Assembly: GCF_000015225.1 (NCBI RefSeq) | Contig: NC_008698.1 | Coordinates: 420,001-452,000, forward strand | Direction of reading: 5' to 3' | DNA from: Thermofilum pendens Hrk 5 | Lineage (GTDB): Archaea > Thermoproteota > Thermoprotei > Thermofilales > Thermofilaceae | DNA length: 32,000 nucleotides | Part shown: positions 7,037 through 15,884 of the stretch, one piece after another | Layout: each line of letters opens with the position of its first letter | Position numbering within the stretch: the stretch's first letter is position 1 | The notes under the pieces: model-generated | The model's database searches: none | What the model was told of the DNA's origin: nothing | What the model saw: only the letters and a program-made list of their open reading frames with translations | Translations under genes and position numbers: made by a program

Positions 7037-8475
7037 CTATTCCTGCCCTGTCCCCAGCTTTTCGAGGTGATTCACGAGCTCCCAGGCTTTAGGATAGCTT
7101 TCCGCTTTTGTCTTCGTGAAGGCTGTCAGCGTTGCGCGTAGCTCCGCGTCGTAGCGGGCGTGCTCCATTAGCGAGGCGTGTGTAACCTGGTAGTACTCCC
7201 TACCCCACCCATTCGAACCACCCGGACGTCCCAGCCTTGAGCGCGTGCCTCCTCCACCCAGCCCGAAGGCACAGCTTCGACTGCGATCCTCGCGTAAATG
7301 TTGTTGGTGCTGGATACATAGGCTAGGTGTAGCTGTGCCCCTGCTATCTCGGCGTAGAACGGGTTGTTTCTCTGCCCGTTTTTCCTACCCTTCTTCCGAG
7401 GTAATCCGAAGCCGACGAATAGGAAGTGTTTGATCTTAGCGCATTTCGTCACCAATGAGACGAACTTGGTGTACTCGCTAGCCCTCTCCACGGCAAGCCT
7501 AGCGTTGATTATGGCGCTCTCAGCTGGGAGGTAGAAAACCTCGCTGCCTATCCTGAAGTGGAGCATCCGAAGCCTTAGAAAGAATGCGAGGTAGCCGTCT
7601 CCCAGGAAGGTAGTGAAAAGAGACGCTGGGTCGCCGTTGAGCTCCTTGCACTCCTCGACCAACCTGCGGAACTCCACGCGCTTCGTAGCGCCAATGAGCG
7701 TGGAGGCCCAGCCCAGCTCCTCCTCGTAACCGTAGACACGCACCTGCCACTGAAAGCTCAGCCTGGTGCTACCGAGTATGCCCGCCGTAACGCCGAGCCT
7801 GGCATCGTCGCTTGGAAAGGTTGCGAGCGTCGCTGGCAACTGCCACGGTTGAGTGGTACCGAAACGTACGTCGCTGTAGCGCCCGTGAGGGGGTGTCACA
7901 TCCGTAAGGATCCACCCCTTCTGCAGGCTCCTGAGAACATCGCTCGGAGTATTCACTAGAACCTGGGGAAACTCCGATTCGACCCAGAAGCCCTCCAATG
8001 GGATGTGTACGGACCAGCCATGCGTAGGCTTCGAGACCCTCACGTGCCAGTTCTCTCTAGGTATGTATACATGCCAGACTTTACCCTTCTTCTCAGCTCT
8101 AAGACCGTCGGCGCCGGCGTCGACGATTGCTTGCAACCTTCCTTTGAGCTCCATTACCGCGCCTCCTTCGCGTGGCTTCTCGTCGTCGTTCAGCAAGAGA
8201 TACTTCCTCAAGTCATAGTCGATGAACCTGTAAAACCTCGGGTAAACGCTGTCCGGCACGACGCTGTAGCCGTTTACGAGGAACTTGGTGAAGTCCCAGT
8301 TAATCCCAGACACCGTATCGTAGAGGCCGCGGTAGTGTATCTCGCCCCTCTTCTTCTTACCCCTGGACCTCCTCTTATCCTCTGTTCTGGTGGCGTAGAG
8401 GCTTAAAGCCGCCCTCCTCCACGTCTCCTCCCTAACAGTCTTCTCGATTTCCTCATACCCCATCATATCAACCAT
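7037..8475 (-). pseudogene. Cassette family protein, copy B (divergent paralogue; frame disrupted near 7187-7206)
   Basis: ORF 7168-8475 (435 aa) shares blocks with copies C and D (KVWHVYIP, GWILTD, FQWQVRVYG, FLGDGY, YARIAVEAVPSGWVEEARAQGWDVRVVRMGG). The conserved tail (EYYQVTHASLMEHARYDAELRATLTAFTKTKAESYPKAWELVNHLEKLGTGQE*) continues in another frame down to 7037. Confidence 0.75.
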
Positions 8476-8536
8476 ATTTCACCCGTCCTTAAATGGTGGA
8501 GGGGGCGCCCCTGCGAAGGCGTGCTCGAGGGTTATC
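8476..8536. promoter_or_regulatory. Conserved divergent control region of cassette B (TATA-like CCTTAAATGG followed by GGTGGAGGGGGCGCCCC)
   Basis: CACCCGTCCTTAAATGGTGGAGGGGGCGCCC recurs almost unchanged at 16945-16995 (opposite orientation) and 21912-21950. Confidence 0.5.
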
Positions 8537-8746
8537 GTGCGAACCATCGGCGCGCTTTCGCGTCTTCTGGCTAGCACTCTTAGGCGTGACGGGCTCTACG
8601 AGGCGCGCCTAGTAGAGGCTTTGGACGCAATCGAAGAGTTTTTAACCTCCGTGAGAGGCGCGACCCCGCAAGTCGAGGAAGACGAAGAGCTGGAGCGCGA
8701 GCTTAAGGGGTGCGTCGAGGAGCTTAGGGAGCTCGGACTAGCGTAA
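8537..8746 (+). CDS. Small acidic helical cassette partner protein, copy B (GTG start)
   Basis: 69 aa and about 85% identical to the ORF at 16705-16932 (RTIGALSRLLASTLRRD.LYEARLVEALDAIEEFL..V....PQVEEDEEL.RELK..VEELR.LGLA). It lacks the ATG and first 7 codons present in copy C. Confidence 0.55.
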   Translation: MRTIGALSRLLASTLRRDGLYEARLVEALDAIEEFLTSVRGATPQVEEDEELERELKGCVEELRELGLA

Positions 8747-8795
8747 AAAATCTTTTTCCCGTTTTCCCTTTTTCCCTGGTTTGTAAACCAAGGGG
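8747..8795 (+). terminator. T-rich tract plus hairpin CCCTGGTTTGTAAACCAAGGGG downstream of the small ORF
   Basis: AAAAAATCTTTTTCCCGTTTTCCCTTTTTCCC comes immediately after the stop and is followed by an imperfect palindrome at 8774-8795. The homologous arrangement is at 16608-16704. Confidence 0.45.
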
Positions 8796-8918
8796 CTTTC
8801 CCGTGTTTCGCGCGCTAGTTTCCCCTACGTTCGCGCGCGCCGACGCGCCGCGTCCGTATGCGCGCGTTGCCGCCGCAAAGCTTAAAACACATGTATATGT
8901 GGGTCTTGAAGGGTGTAG

Positions 8919-9410
8919 ATGGTCAACGCGAAGTTCGTGCCTCCGAGACTACTGATAGAAGAGCTGGCCGCGTATCTCAAGGAAAACGTGAAAGAGATAC
9001 AGCCACCCGAGTGGGCTCTGTACGCGAAGACAGGTCCTACCAGGGAGCGACCCCCGCAAGACCCAGACTGGTGGTACAAGAGGTGCGCCGCCCTTCTCAG
9101 GAAAATATACCTGGAGGGTCCTGTTGGGCTTGAACGGCTCCGCACGGCGTACGGCGGTAGAACAAAGAACACCGTGAAGCGTAAACACTTCAAGAAAGCC
9201 GGAGGCTCCGCCATAAGGAAAGCTCTCCAACAACTTGAAAGCGCCGGGCTCGTCGCGAAGACCCCGAGAGGGCGCGTAATCACCGAGAAGGGGAGGGCGC
9301 TCGTAGACACTACGGCGTTACGCATATTCAAAAAGCTGGTAGAAGAGAGACCAGAGCTCTCCAAGTACCTCGCGAAGCCTGCAAGTACACCCGTAAGCAC
9401 GGAGTCGTAG
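8919..9410 (+). CDS. rps19e: 30S ribosomal protein S19e
   Basis: Signature blocks VPPRLLIEELAAYLKE, PPEWALYAKTG..RERPPQDPDWWYKRCAALLRKIYLEGPVG and YGG. Confidence 0.9.
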   Translation: MVNAKFVPPRLLIEELAAYLKENVKEIQPPEWALYAKTGPTRERPPQDPDWWYKRCAALLRKIYLEGPVGLERLRTAYGGRTKNTVKRKHFKKAGGSAIRKALQQLESAGLVAKTPRGRVITEKGRALVDTTALRIFKKLVEERPELSKYLAKPASTPVSTES

Positions 9411-9448
9411 AATAGCTTTAAAGCTCTATATCATTTCTTAGAAGTGAG

Positions 9449-9808
9449 GTGACAGCTTTGTCTTATGATGAAGGCGGAGAAGAACTAGAAGAGATTAAAC
9501 GGCGAAAACTGTTAGAGTACCAGCGCGCCCTCGAAGCCGAGAAAGCCAAAGAGGAACAGAAAGCACGAGAGGAGGCTATGCGGCAGGAGATTTTAAGGCG
9601 TATTCTCACACCGGAGGCTCGTGCAAGGCTCTCTAATCTCAAGCTCGTGAAACCGGAGCTTGTAGAGGCGTTGGAGATTCAGCTCATACAGCTCGCTGAG
9701 TCTAGAAGTGTAAGGGTACCTATAGACGACGAAACCCTTAAACAGATACTTGCAAGACTATACGAAGCACAACGCGCGAGAGAGGTAAAGTTCAGGGTGA
9801 GCTTTTAG
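9449..9808 (+). CDS. DNA-binding protein, PDCD5/TFAR19 family
   Basis: RRKLLEYQR...[39 protein letters not shown] matches the archaeal PDCD5 homologue. GTG or TTG start. Confidence 0.8.
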   Translation: MTALSYDEGGEELEEIKRRKLLEYQRALEAEKAKEEQKAREEAMRQEILRRILTPEARARLSNLKLVKPELVEALEIQLIQLAESRSVRVPIDDETLKQILARLYEAQRAREVKFRVSF

Positions 9809-9891
9809 GCCTACACCCTAGGACTAGCACACCCTTCGACGCGAAAAATTTAATACCGCTGTGAAGGTGGGGAAGAAGGGGTGTCGGAAAG

Positions 9892-10044
9892 GTGGCCCAC
9901 TTTAAGCCTCTAGGCAAGAAACTAAGACTGGCAGCGGCTGTAAGAAGCAACGAGCAGGTACCGATATGGGTTATCTCGAAGACTTTGGGGAAGGTTAGAA
10001 GGAAGCCTAGGAGGAACTGGAGAAGGAGCAGGATGCAGCTATAA
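9892..10044 (+). CDS. rpl39e: 50S ribosomal protein L39e (below the ORF-track size cut-off)
   Basis: Manual translation from GTG 9892 gives MAHFKPLGKKLRLAAAVRSNEQVPIWVISKTLGKVRRKPRRNWRRSRMQL*. This is the typical L39e sequence and the typical position upstream of L31e. Confidence 0.85.
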   Translation: MAHFKPLGKKLRLAAAVRSNEQVPIWVISKTLGKVRRKPRRNWRRSRMQL

Positions 10045-10062
10045 GCATGGGGGTGATTCGCG

Positions 10063-10374
10063 ATGCCGGGGAAAATGGCTGATGGGGAGTATACGAGGAC
10101 CTACGTGATTAACCTTAGGAGGGTTTACTCTGCCCCGAGAAAGAAGAGGGCTAAGGTCGCCGTGAGGGCTATAAGGGACTTTATAGCTCGGCACCTACGC
10201 TTCCCAGACCGGATAAAGATAAGCCCGGAGCTCAACTTGATAGTATGGTCTAGGAGCATAGAAAAGCCTCCGCGCAAAGTAAAGGTGGACGTAAGCTTCA
10301 AGGTGGAGGATGGTAGGGTCACAGAGGTAGAGGTTCTCCCGCACGGAGCTAAGGAGCAAAAGACGACGGAGTGA
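10063..10374 (+). CDS. rpl31e: 50S ribosomal protein L31e
   Basis: [31 protein letters not shown]...[25 protein letters not shown]. Confidence 0.9.
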   Translation: MPGKMADGEYTRTYVINLRRVYSAPRKKRAKVAVRAIRDFIARHLRFPDRIKISPELNLIVWSRSIEKPPRKVKVDVSFKVEDGRVTEVEVLPHGAKEQKTTE

Positions 10375-10381
10375 CGATTCG

Positions 10382-11053
10382 ATGGTTAACGTCGAAGCTA
10401 TCTCTCTTTACGGTACGCCAAACATCGGTGTCTACATATTTGCAAACGACCGGTTCGCGCTAATCCCCTACGATGCTCCCGAGAAACTGGACAGAAAGAT
10501 AGCCGAAAACCTCTCCGTGGACGCTTTTAGGGTCTCAGTCGCAGGCACGAGGCTTGTAGGGATATTCTTGGCTGGTAACAACAACGGGTTGGTTGTCCCT
10601 AGAGTGATCCTGGACTCGGAGCTCGAGCACCTGAAAAGCCTGTTAGACGTGAACATAGTCGTGTTAGAAGATGTTAGAGAGACGGGGATCGGCAACCTTG
10701 TGCTGGCAAACGACAACGGGTGTGTTGCTAGCCAGATATTGCCTAAAAGCGCCGTAGACAGGATAGCAGACGCTCTCGGCGTGGAGTGCATCCAGATGTC
10801 TATAGGCGACGTCCCGTTCGTTGGTAGCCTCTCGGTGGCAACGAACAGGGGGGTCGCGCTTCCACCCTTAGCAACCGAGGAGGAGATTAAAAGCGTGGAG
10901 GAGGCACTCAAAGTCAAGGCTAATGTGCTTACAGTGAACCGCGGAAAAATGTTCCTAAGAACAGGGCTCGTAGCCAACTCTAAAGGAGCATTAGTAGGAG
11001 AGGATACTACAGGCCATGAGATGATGCAGCTACAGAGGATATTCTTCCAGTGA
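10382..11053 (+). CDS. eif6: Translation initiation factor 6 (aIF6)
   Basis: LYGTPNIGVYIFANDRFALIP...LVGIFLAGNNNGLVVP fits the eIF6 pentein repeat pattern. 223 aa. Confidence 0.9.
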   Translation: MVNVEAISLYGTPNIGVYIFANDRFALIPYDAPEKLDRKIAENLSVDAFRVSVAGTRLVGIFLAGNNNGLVVPRVILDSELEHLKSLLDVNIVVLEDVRETGIGNLVLANDNGCVASQILPKSAVDRIADALGVECIQMSIGDVPFVGSLSVATNRGVALPPLATEEEIKSVEEALKVKANVLTVNRGKMFLRTGLVANSKGALVGEDTTGHEMMQLQRIFFQ

Positions 11054-12710
11054 TGTACCTCGCAAGGGGATCCTTGGGTACAAGTCCCCGTTTGACTTCG
11101 AAGGCTCTTTTCCTTCCGAATACTTTCGTTAATGTCTTCAAGGAGTGTTTCTGAGGGTTCACCGGTAGGGGGACTCCGAGCAGTGACCTGGCTTTGTGTC
11201 CGGTGACTATGCAGTCTACCTTCATCATTTTCGCCAAGCCTTCTTTTTCCTCTAGAAAGACGGCTATCGGGTAGCTGCCCGTGGGCCTCGCTATGGTCGT
11301 TGGACCGGCTTGGTACTCTACGTAGCAATTTCTCAATATTGTTCCTTTAGGGTACACCTTTGGAAGCATTTTCTCGTCGAAGTTTCTCCTGACCCACTTC
11401 TTGAACGCTTTCGCGTACTTTCTATGCGCCTCTGCAATGCTCGTGCCAACGCTCCACATGGGTGTTCCGGGTAGCGGGAGGACTTCGCGCACGTTAACCC
11501 TTCTCACGAGCAACCCCTCCTCCAGGATCCTCTCTAGAAACTCCTTGTTGGCTCTGTACGTCTTAGCGGTTTCTCCGGGGAGCCCGAGGACGAAGTTCAC
11601 CCCGGGAAGTAGCTCGGGGGATCCGTTCCACCCTCTCCTGGCTCCTACCTCGTTGACTATTTTAATCGCCTCTAGTACTCCTTCGGCGTCGTTTCCAAGG
11701 TTGTTCTGCTTCACGACTACCGGGTCGGCGCTTTCGAGTCCGAACGCCGCTACGTCGCCCGGCGTGTGGTACTTGACAATGGACTTCAGGGCTTCGCGCG
11801 CCTTCTCCTTGTGGATGTATATCGTGGCGGGGTTTACGTTGTCGATGTGTATGGTCTCTGCACTCGGAGCTGCGAGGCGGACAGTCCGCATGAGCTCCTC
11901 TATGCTTGAGGGGTCGGGCTCTGGAAACTCTACCTCGTTTACCCCCTTGGCCTTGTAGGCTAGGAAGTCTGCTTGGCGTCCAAGCCTAAACGCCCTCACG
12001 CCGAGCTCGTAGAGAGCCCTCACCTCCTCTCCTATGGACTTGGCCTCCCGGAATACTACTCTGCCTAGCCGTGGCTCTATGCAGAAGCTACAGCCCCCGG
12101 TGACCCACCTCGGGCACGACTTGTACGTCTCAATCTCTGCTGTAAGGTTGTAGCCGAGGTTGGGGTGTTGTAGGACGATGCGGGCGCCGCGAACGGCGAA
12201 TCTGTCGACGAGGCTATAGTCTTTCGACACGGCGTAGGGGTTCACTTTTTCCAAGGATTTCTCGAGCATGTACTCGTATACGACTAGCCAGGGGTCTCCG
12301 GGAGCAACTAGGTCGTACGCGTCCTCGAACTCTTCGCGTGGCACAGCTCTTTCCCCGCCACGCACGCCGAGCCCGAAGCGCACGAACGGTCCTGTAAGTA
12401 TCTTTACCGGTCCTTCGACCGATCTGGGAATCCTGACGAGTTCTTCCGCTGTGATCGGTTTGCCGCCCAGGTACTTTCCGGGAACTACTACTCCCCCAAA
12501 AACGACTAAAAGGTCACTCTTGCCAGCAACTCTGAAGAAAGTGTCCGGGTTTTCGCGCACAAAGTCTATCGTAAAGTAATGGACGGTGGCGGAGTGCTCT
12601 ACGGTCCAAACAGCTCCGGCCACGTACCTAGCGTATACGTCGATGTAGGGCGGCACTCCGAGCCCTGCAGGCTCGTCGTTGTAGCCGTCGAGGAGCACCA
12701 CCGTCGTCAT
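11007..12710 (-). CDS. Fe-S / radical-SAM-like oxidoreductase (family uncertain)
   Basis: 567 aa with the Cys cluster CPRWVTGGCSFCIEP and TIM-barrel-like spacing. The N-terminal domain resembles B12-binding-like domains of archaeal radical SAM proteins. Its 3' end overlaps convergent eif6 by 47 nt. Confidence 0.45.
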   Translation of the reverse strand: MTTVVLLDGYNDEPAGLGVPPYIDVYARYVAGAVWTVEHSATVHYFTIDFVRENPDTFFRVAGKSDLLVVFGGVVVPGKYLGGKPITAEELVRIPRSVEGPVKILTGPFVRFGLGVRGGERAVPREEFEDAYDLVAPGDPWLVVYEYMLEKSLEKVNPYAVSKDYSLVDRFAVRGARIVLQHPNLGYNLTAEIETYKSCPRWVTGGCSFCIEPRLGRVVFREAKSIGEEVRALYELGVRAFRLGRQADFLAYKAKGVNEVEFPEPDPSSIEELMRTVRLAAPSAETIHIDNVNPATIYIHKEKAREALKSIVKYHTPGDVAAFGLESADPVVVKQNNLGNDAEGVLEAIKIVNEVGARRGWNGSPELLPGVNFVLGLPGETAKTYRANKEFLERILEEGLLVRRVNVREVLPLPGTPMWSVGTSIAEAHRKYAKAFKKWVRRNFDEKMLPKVYPKGTILRNCYVEYQAGPTTIARPTGSYPIAVFLEEKEGLAKMMKVDCIVTGHKARSLLGVPLPVNPQKHSLKTLTKVFGRKRAFEVKRGLVPKDPLARYITGRISSVAASSHGL

Positions 12711-13690
12711 AGCCTAGGAGAATACCCCGGGCCGCCTATCCAGCCTTTCCTTTCAACTCTCCTGCCGTCAGAGAGGAAGACTCCCTCCCCCTCTGTTACC
12801 CTGCCTATGATCGTCGCGCCCGTTTTCCTGACTTCTTCTTCAGCTTCCTCTGGGAACGTAAAGATGAAGTTGTAGTCTTCGCCGGAGGCGTAGAGTACGG
12901 CGTCGACTAGGCGTTCGCGTGGAAGGCACTCCTTGGCGACGGCGTGTACTGGTAGTTCCTCGACCACTATGCCTACCCCGGAGGATTCCGCGAGGTAGTA
13001 CAGGGATAGCGCTAGTCCATCACTGTTGTCAATAGCAGATGTGAGTAGCTCCTTAATGCCTAGCCACGTAGCCGGTTCCGGTAACTGCCCCCACCCGTAC
13101 TCTTCTACAAGGCTGTTGCCAGGGTTGCAACTCAACGCGCCGCCCGACGATAAGGCGTAGAGCACAGAGGAAATGCCTACTCGCCCGGTAATAGCCACCA
13201 GTTCTCCGGGCTTAGCACCCCACCTGTGTAAAACCTTGCCCCTGGAAACTCCTATCGCCACGACGTCAACCCTCAGGTAACACGTGCTCGATACGTCCGT
13301 GTCTCCACCAAGTATTCTCGCCCCGAACCTCGTACCGGCTTCCAGGAGTCCTCTGTAAAACTCTTCAAGGAAGCCGAGATCCGCGGTGGAGGGCACGCGC
13401 AAAGACACGAGGATACCGAGAGGCTTCGCGCCCTTAACGAGCACATCGCTTATCGAGCCTACCGCTGCGCGCCTACCGGCAATCCTGGGTGGGAGGAAGG
13501 GGTACAGATGGATGCCGCTTTCAAAGGAGTCGACGTTGACAACCAGGCTGGTTTCTTCAAGACTTAGCACTGCGGCGTCGTCCTTTCTAAGGCCTAGTAA
13601 GCTGGTTACCTTGTCTACTACGACGTCCTCCCGAAGTTCAGGCATTTCTTCCACGCGTACTGCTGAACGTCTCGTGAAGTAAGAATACAC
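12707..13690 (-). CDS. thiL: Thiamine-monophosphate kinase-like protein (ThiL, PurM/AIR-synthase superfamily)
   Basis: DDAAVL...VVNVDSF...SDVLVKGAKPLGILVSL..P...FLEEFYRGL....GARILGGDTD. An alternative start at ATG 13645 (MPELRED) would reduce overlap with the upstream gene. Confidence 0.6.
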   Translation of the reverse strand: MYSYFTRRSAVRVEEMPELREDVVVDKVTSLLGLRKDDAAVLSLEETSLVVNVDSFESGIHLYPFLPPRIAGRRAAVGSISDVLVKGAKPLGILVSLRVPSTADLGFLEEFYRGLLEAGTRFGARILGGDTDVSSTCYLRVDVVAIGVSRGKVLHRWGAKPGELVAITGRVGISSVLYALSSGGALSCNPGNSLVEEYGWGQLPEPATWLGIKELLTSAIDNSDGLALSLYYLAESSGVGIVVEELPVHAVAKECLPRERLVDAVLYASGEDYNFIFTFPEEAEEEVRKTGATIIGRVTEGEGVFLSDGRRVERKGWIGGPGYSPRL

Positions 13691-13883
13691 TCGTTAGTAT
13701 GAAGATTGAGTAAATCATTACTTGGACGTAAGTTGTATACGCGGCGAGGGGGTCTCCCGGAGGCTTCTCCCAGTTTAAGATGTACGCTAACGTCTTGTAA
13801 GAGTAGTAAGCGAATACTACCGCGAGAACCACTGTGAGTACTCCCAGGACTGCCCTCGAGGTAAACCGCTTCCTGTCGGACAT
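13638..13883 (-). CDS. Small membrane protein (two predicted TM helices)
   Basis: 81 aa with hydrophobic stretches AVLGVLTVVLAVVFAYY and VQVMIYSIFILTSVFLL. GAGGTGA lies upstream of the ATG. Confidence 0.45.
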   Translation of the reverse strand: MSDRKRFTSRAVLGVLTVVLAVVFAYYSYKTLAYILNWEKPPGDPLAAYTTYVQVMIYSIFILTSVFLLHETFSSTRGRNA

Positions 13884-13922
13884 TTCTTCACCTCTTCAAG
13901 GTGACGTAGTCGTAAATAAAAG

Positions 13923-13944
13923 CTTAGCGCGCTCGCGCGCTAAG
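13923..13944. promoter_or_regulatory. Perfect 10-2-10 palindrome CTTAGCGCGC-TC-GCGCGCTAAG in a divergent promoter region
   Basis: Read directly from the sequence. It lies between TATA-like AAGCTTTTATTTAC (minus gene) and GCTTTAATAGCC (xpd). Confidence 0.4.
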
Positions 13945-14005
13945 TATCCATTTATCGCGAGCTTTAATAGCCGGCAAAGCAAGCATAGCTTGAAGGAGCG
14001 CTGAA

Positions 14006-15772
14006 ATGAGCGAGGAATTGCGCGCACAGGTGGAGGCTCTAATACCCTATAAGACTGTCAGGAAGGGCCAGCTCGAGCTAGCTTTGGAAGTTGCCAAGGC
14101 GTATGCCGAGAAGGCGATCCTGCTTGCACGCTATCCTACTGGTATAGGGAAGACGGCGGCTGTGCTTGCCGGAGCTCTCGCGTCGGGTGCCCCCAAAGTC
14201 GTGTATCTCGCGCGGTCTAAGTCACAGTTCCAGGCTCCTTTAAGGGAGGTTAAAAGGCTCTTGGAGAGGGGTATAAGCGTTCCCACCGTAGTCCTCGTGA
14301 ACAAGAAGAACTACTGCCTACTGAGAGGGGCCCTTCCGCTGGACTACGAGGAATTTCTCCACTTCTGCCGGGTTAAGAGATTCACGGGGGCGTGCCCCTA
14401 CTCTTCGGAGTTTGAAGACGCAGAAATCCCCGTCCTGGTGACCCCTAAGAGTGCCAGGTCTTTAGGTGCGAAGCTAGGGGTATGCCCCTTTGAGCTAGCC
14501 TGGAAGGCCTTAAGGAAAGCTAGGCTCGTCGTCGCATCCTATCCTTACGTCTTCCGCGAAGATCTGCGGAGGCTTCTCGTCGAAAGCCTAGGCACCCCGA
14601 TGGATGTTTTAATGCTCGTAGTCGATGAGGCCCACAACTTGCCGGATCATATAGCCGAGTCTACCGCGATAGCCGTCTCGGACGCAACGCTGAGAAGAGC
14701 TATTTCGGAACTGAGAGCGGCAGGCATAGGGCAGGAGCTTGCCTCCTCGCTTTCCAACCTATTAGGTTACATGAAGAGGATTAAAGGAGCTGAGGAAGGT
14801 GTAAGAATACCTCTGGATGAGCTTACGTACCTAGTTCCTCCAGCGGACGAGGTTAAGAGGGTCGCCCTGGCTCTGGAGAAGCTTACAGGCATGTACTCAA
14901 GTTTGTGGCAACTCTACGCGTTCGCCGAGGCTTTGAGACGCGCGTCACACGAGTATCTAGTAACCGCAGTGTCGAGCGACGGATCGGTATCGTTGAAGCT
15001 TGTACTTATAAATCCTGGGAAGGTGTCTAGGGAAGTTTTCCCCAAAGTTAGAAGTGCCGTGCTGATGTCGTCGACGCTTATGCCGGCAGAATACTACGTG
15101 GCTGTCCTGGGCTTTCCCGGAGAGAGAGTAAGGGAAGTCTCCTACCCCTTTGTGTGGAGCGAAAACGTTGACGTTGTCATAGTTAAGGGTATATCGTCCA
15201 GGTACGTCGAGCGCGGAGAGGAACTCTACAGGCGGTACGCAAGCGCAATAGACTACATTTTCGAGCTTCCCAGTACTAGGAGGGCTCTAGCCATCTTCCC
15301 TTCCTACTCCTTCATGATGGGCGTTTATCCCTACATACGCTCAAAGCCCGTTATCATCGAGAGGCGGGATTCCACTATAGGCTCTATGCTTGGGAAGGTG
15401 CTCGAACTCGAGAAAGCCCTGCTCCTCGTAGTTGCGCGCGGAAAGTTCGCCGAGGGGGTTGAGTTCACGGTGCTTGGAAAGTCTCTCATAGACACGATCG
15501 TGATAGCCGGGCTACCCGTCCCGGAGCCTTCGGTGGAGAACGAAAAGCTCTACGAGCTACTTCAAGAAAGGCTGGGCGACAGGGATCTTGCATGGAAGTA
15601 CGTCTACCTTTATCCCGCCTTTATGCAAGTAGTGCAAGGCATAGGTAGGGGTGTTCGAAGCGAGAAGGATAAAGTGAAGGTGTTCATATTGGATGAGCGC
15701 ATGATAGGAGAGGGTGAAAAGTACCTGTCTATGTACGGGCTCGTCCCCCGCGTAGGGAAGCTCCCCCTGTAG
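14006..15772 (+). CDS. xpd: XPD/Rad3-family 5'-3' DNA helicase (Fe-S cluster domain)
   Basis: Walker A PTGIGKT, DEAH box VVDEAHNL, and four Cys (YCLL, FCRV, GACPY, GVCPFE) in the Fe-S domain position. 588 aa. Confidence 0.85.
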   Translation: MSEELRAQVEALIPYKTVRKGQLELALEVAKAYAEKAILLARYPTGIGKTAAVLAGALASGAPKVVYLARSKSQFQAPLREVKRLLERGISVPTVVLVNKKNYCLLRGALPLDYEEFLHFCRVKRFTGACPYSSEFEDAEIPVLVTPKSARSLGAKLGVCPFELAWKALRKARLVVASYPYVFREDLRRLLVESLGTPMDVLMLVVDEAHNLPDHIAESTAIAVSDATLRRAISELRAAGIGQELASSLSNLLGYMKRIKGAEEGVRIPLDELTYLVPPADEVKRVALALEKLTGMYSSLWQLYAFAEALRRASHEYLVTAVSSDGSVSLKLVLINPGKVSREVFPKVRSAVLMSSTLMPAEYYVAVLGFPGERVREVSYPFVWSENVDVVIVKGISSRYVERGEELYRRYASAIDYIFELPSTRRALAIFPSYSFMMGVYPYIRSKPVIIERRDSTIGSMLGKVLELEKALLLVVARGKFAEGVEFTVLGKSLIDTIVIAGLPVPEPSVENEKLYELLQERLGDRDLAWKYVYLYPAFMQVVQGIGRGVRSEKDKVKVFILDERMIGEGEKYLSMYGLVPRVGKLPL

Positions 15773-15884
15773 ACCTGCCGGAAAGGGTGCTCTAATCCTC
15801 AGCCCGCTTCTCAATGCGCGATGGGTCTAGCTACTCTTTGCTCTACGTTGCGGCGATGCTCGTTTACCGCGTCCTTAGCTATGC

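Noticed and set aside
7037-8475. Whether the cassette large protein is a transposase or integrase (IS element or integrated virus or plasmid).
   Set aside because: I could not find DDE/DEDD, HUH (Y1/Y2), serine-recombinase or tyrosine-recombinase (R..HxxR..Y) signatures by eye. There are no long terminal inverted repeats and no duplicated tRNA segment. This stays open pending profile searches, and the call is not made.
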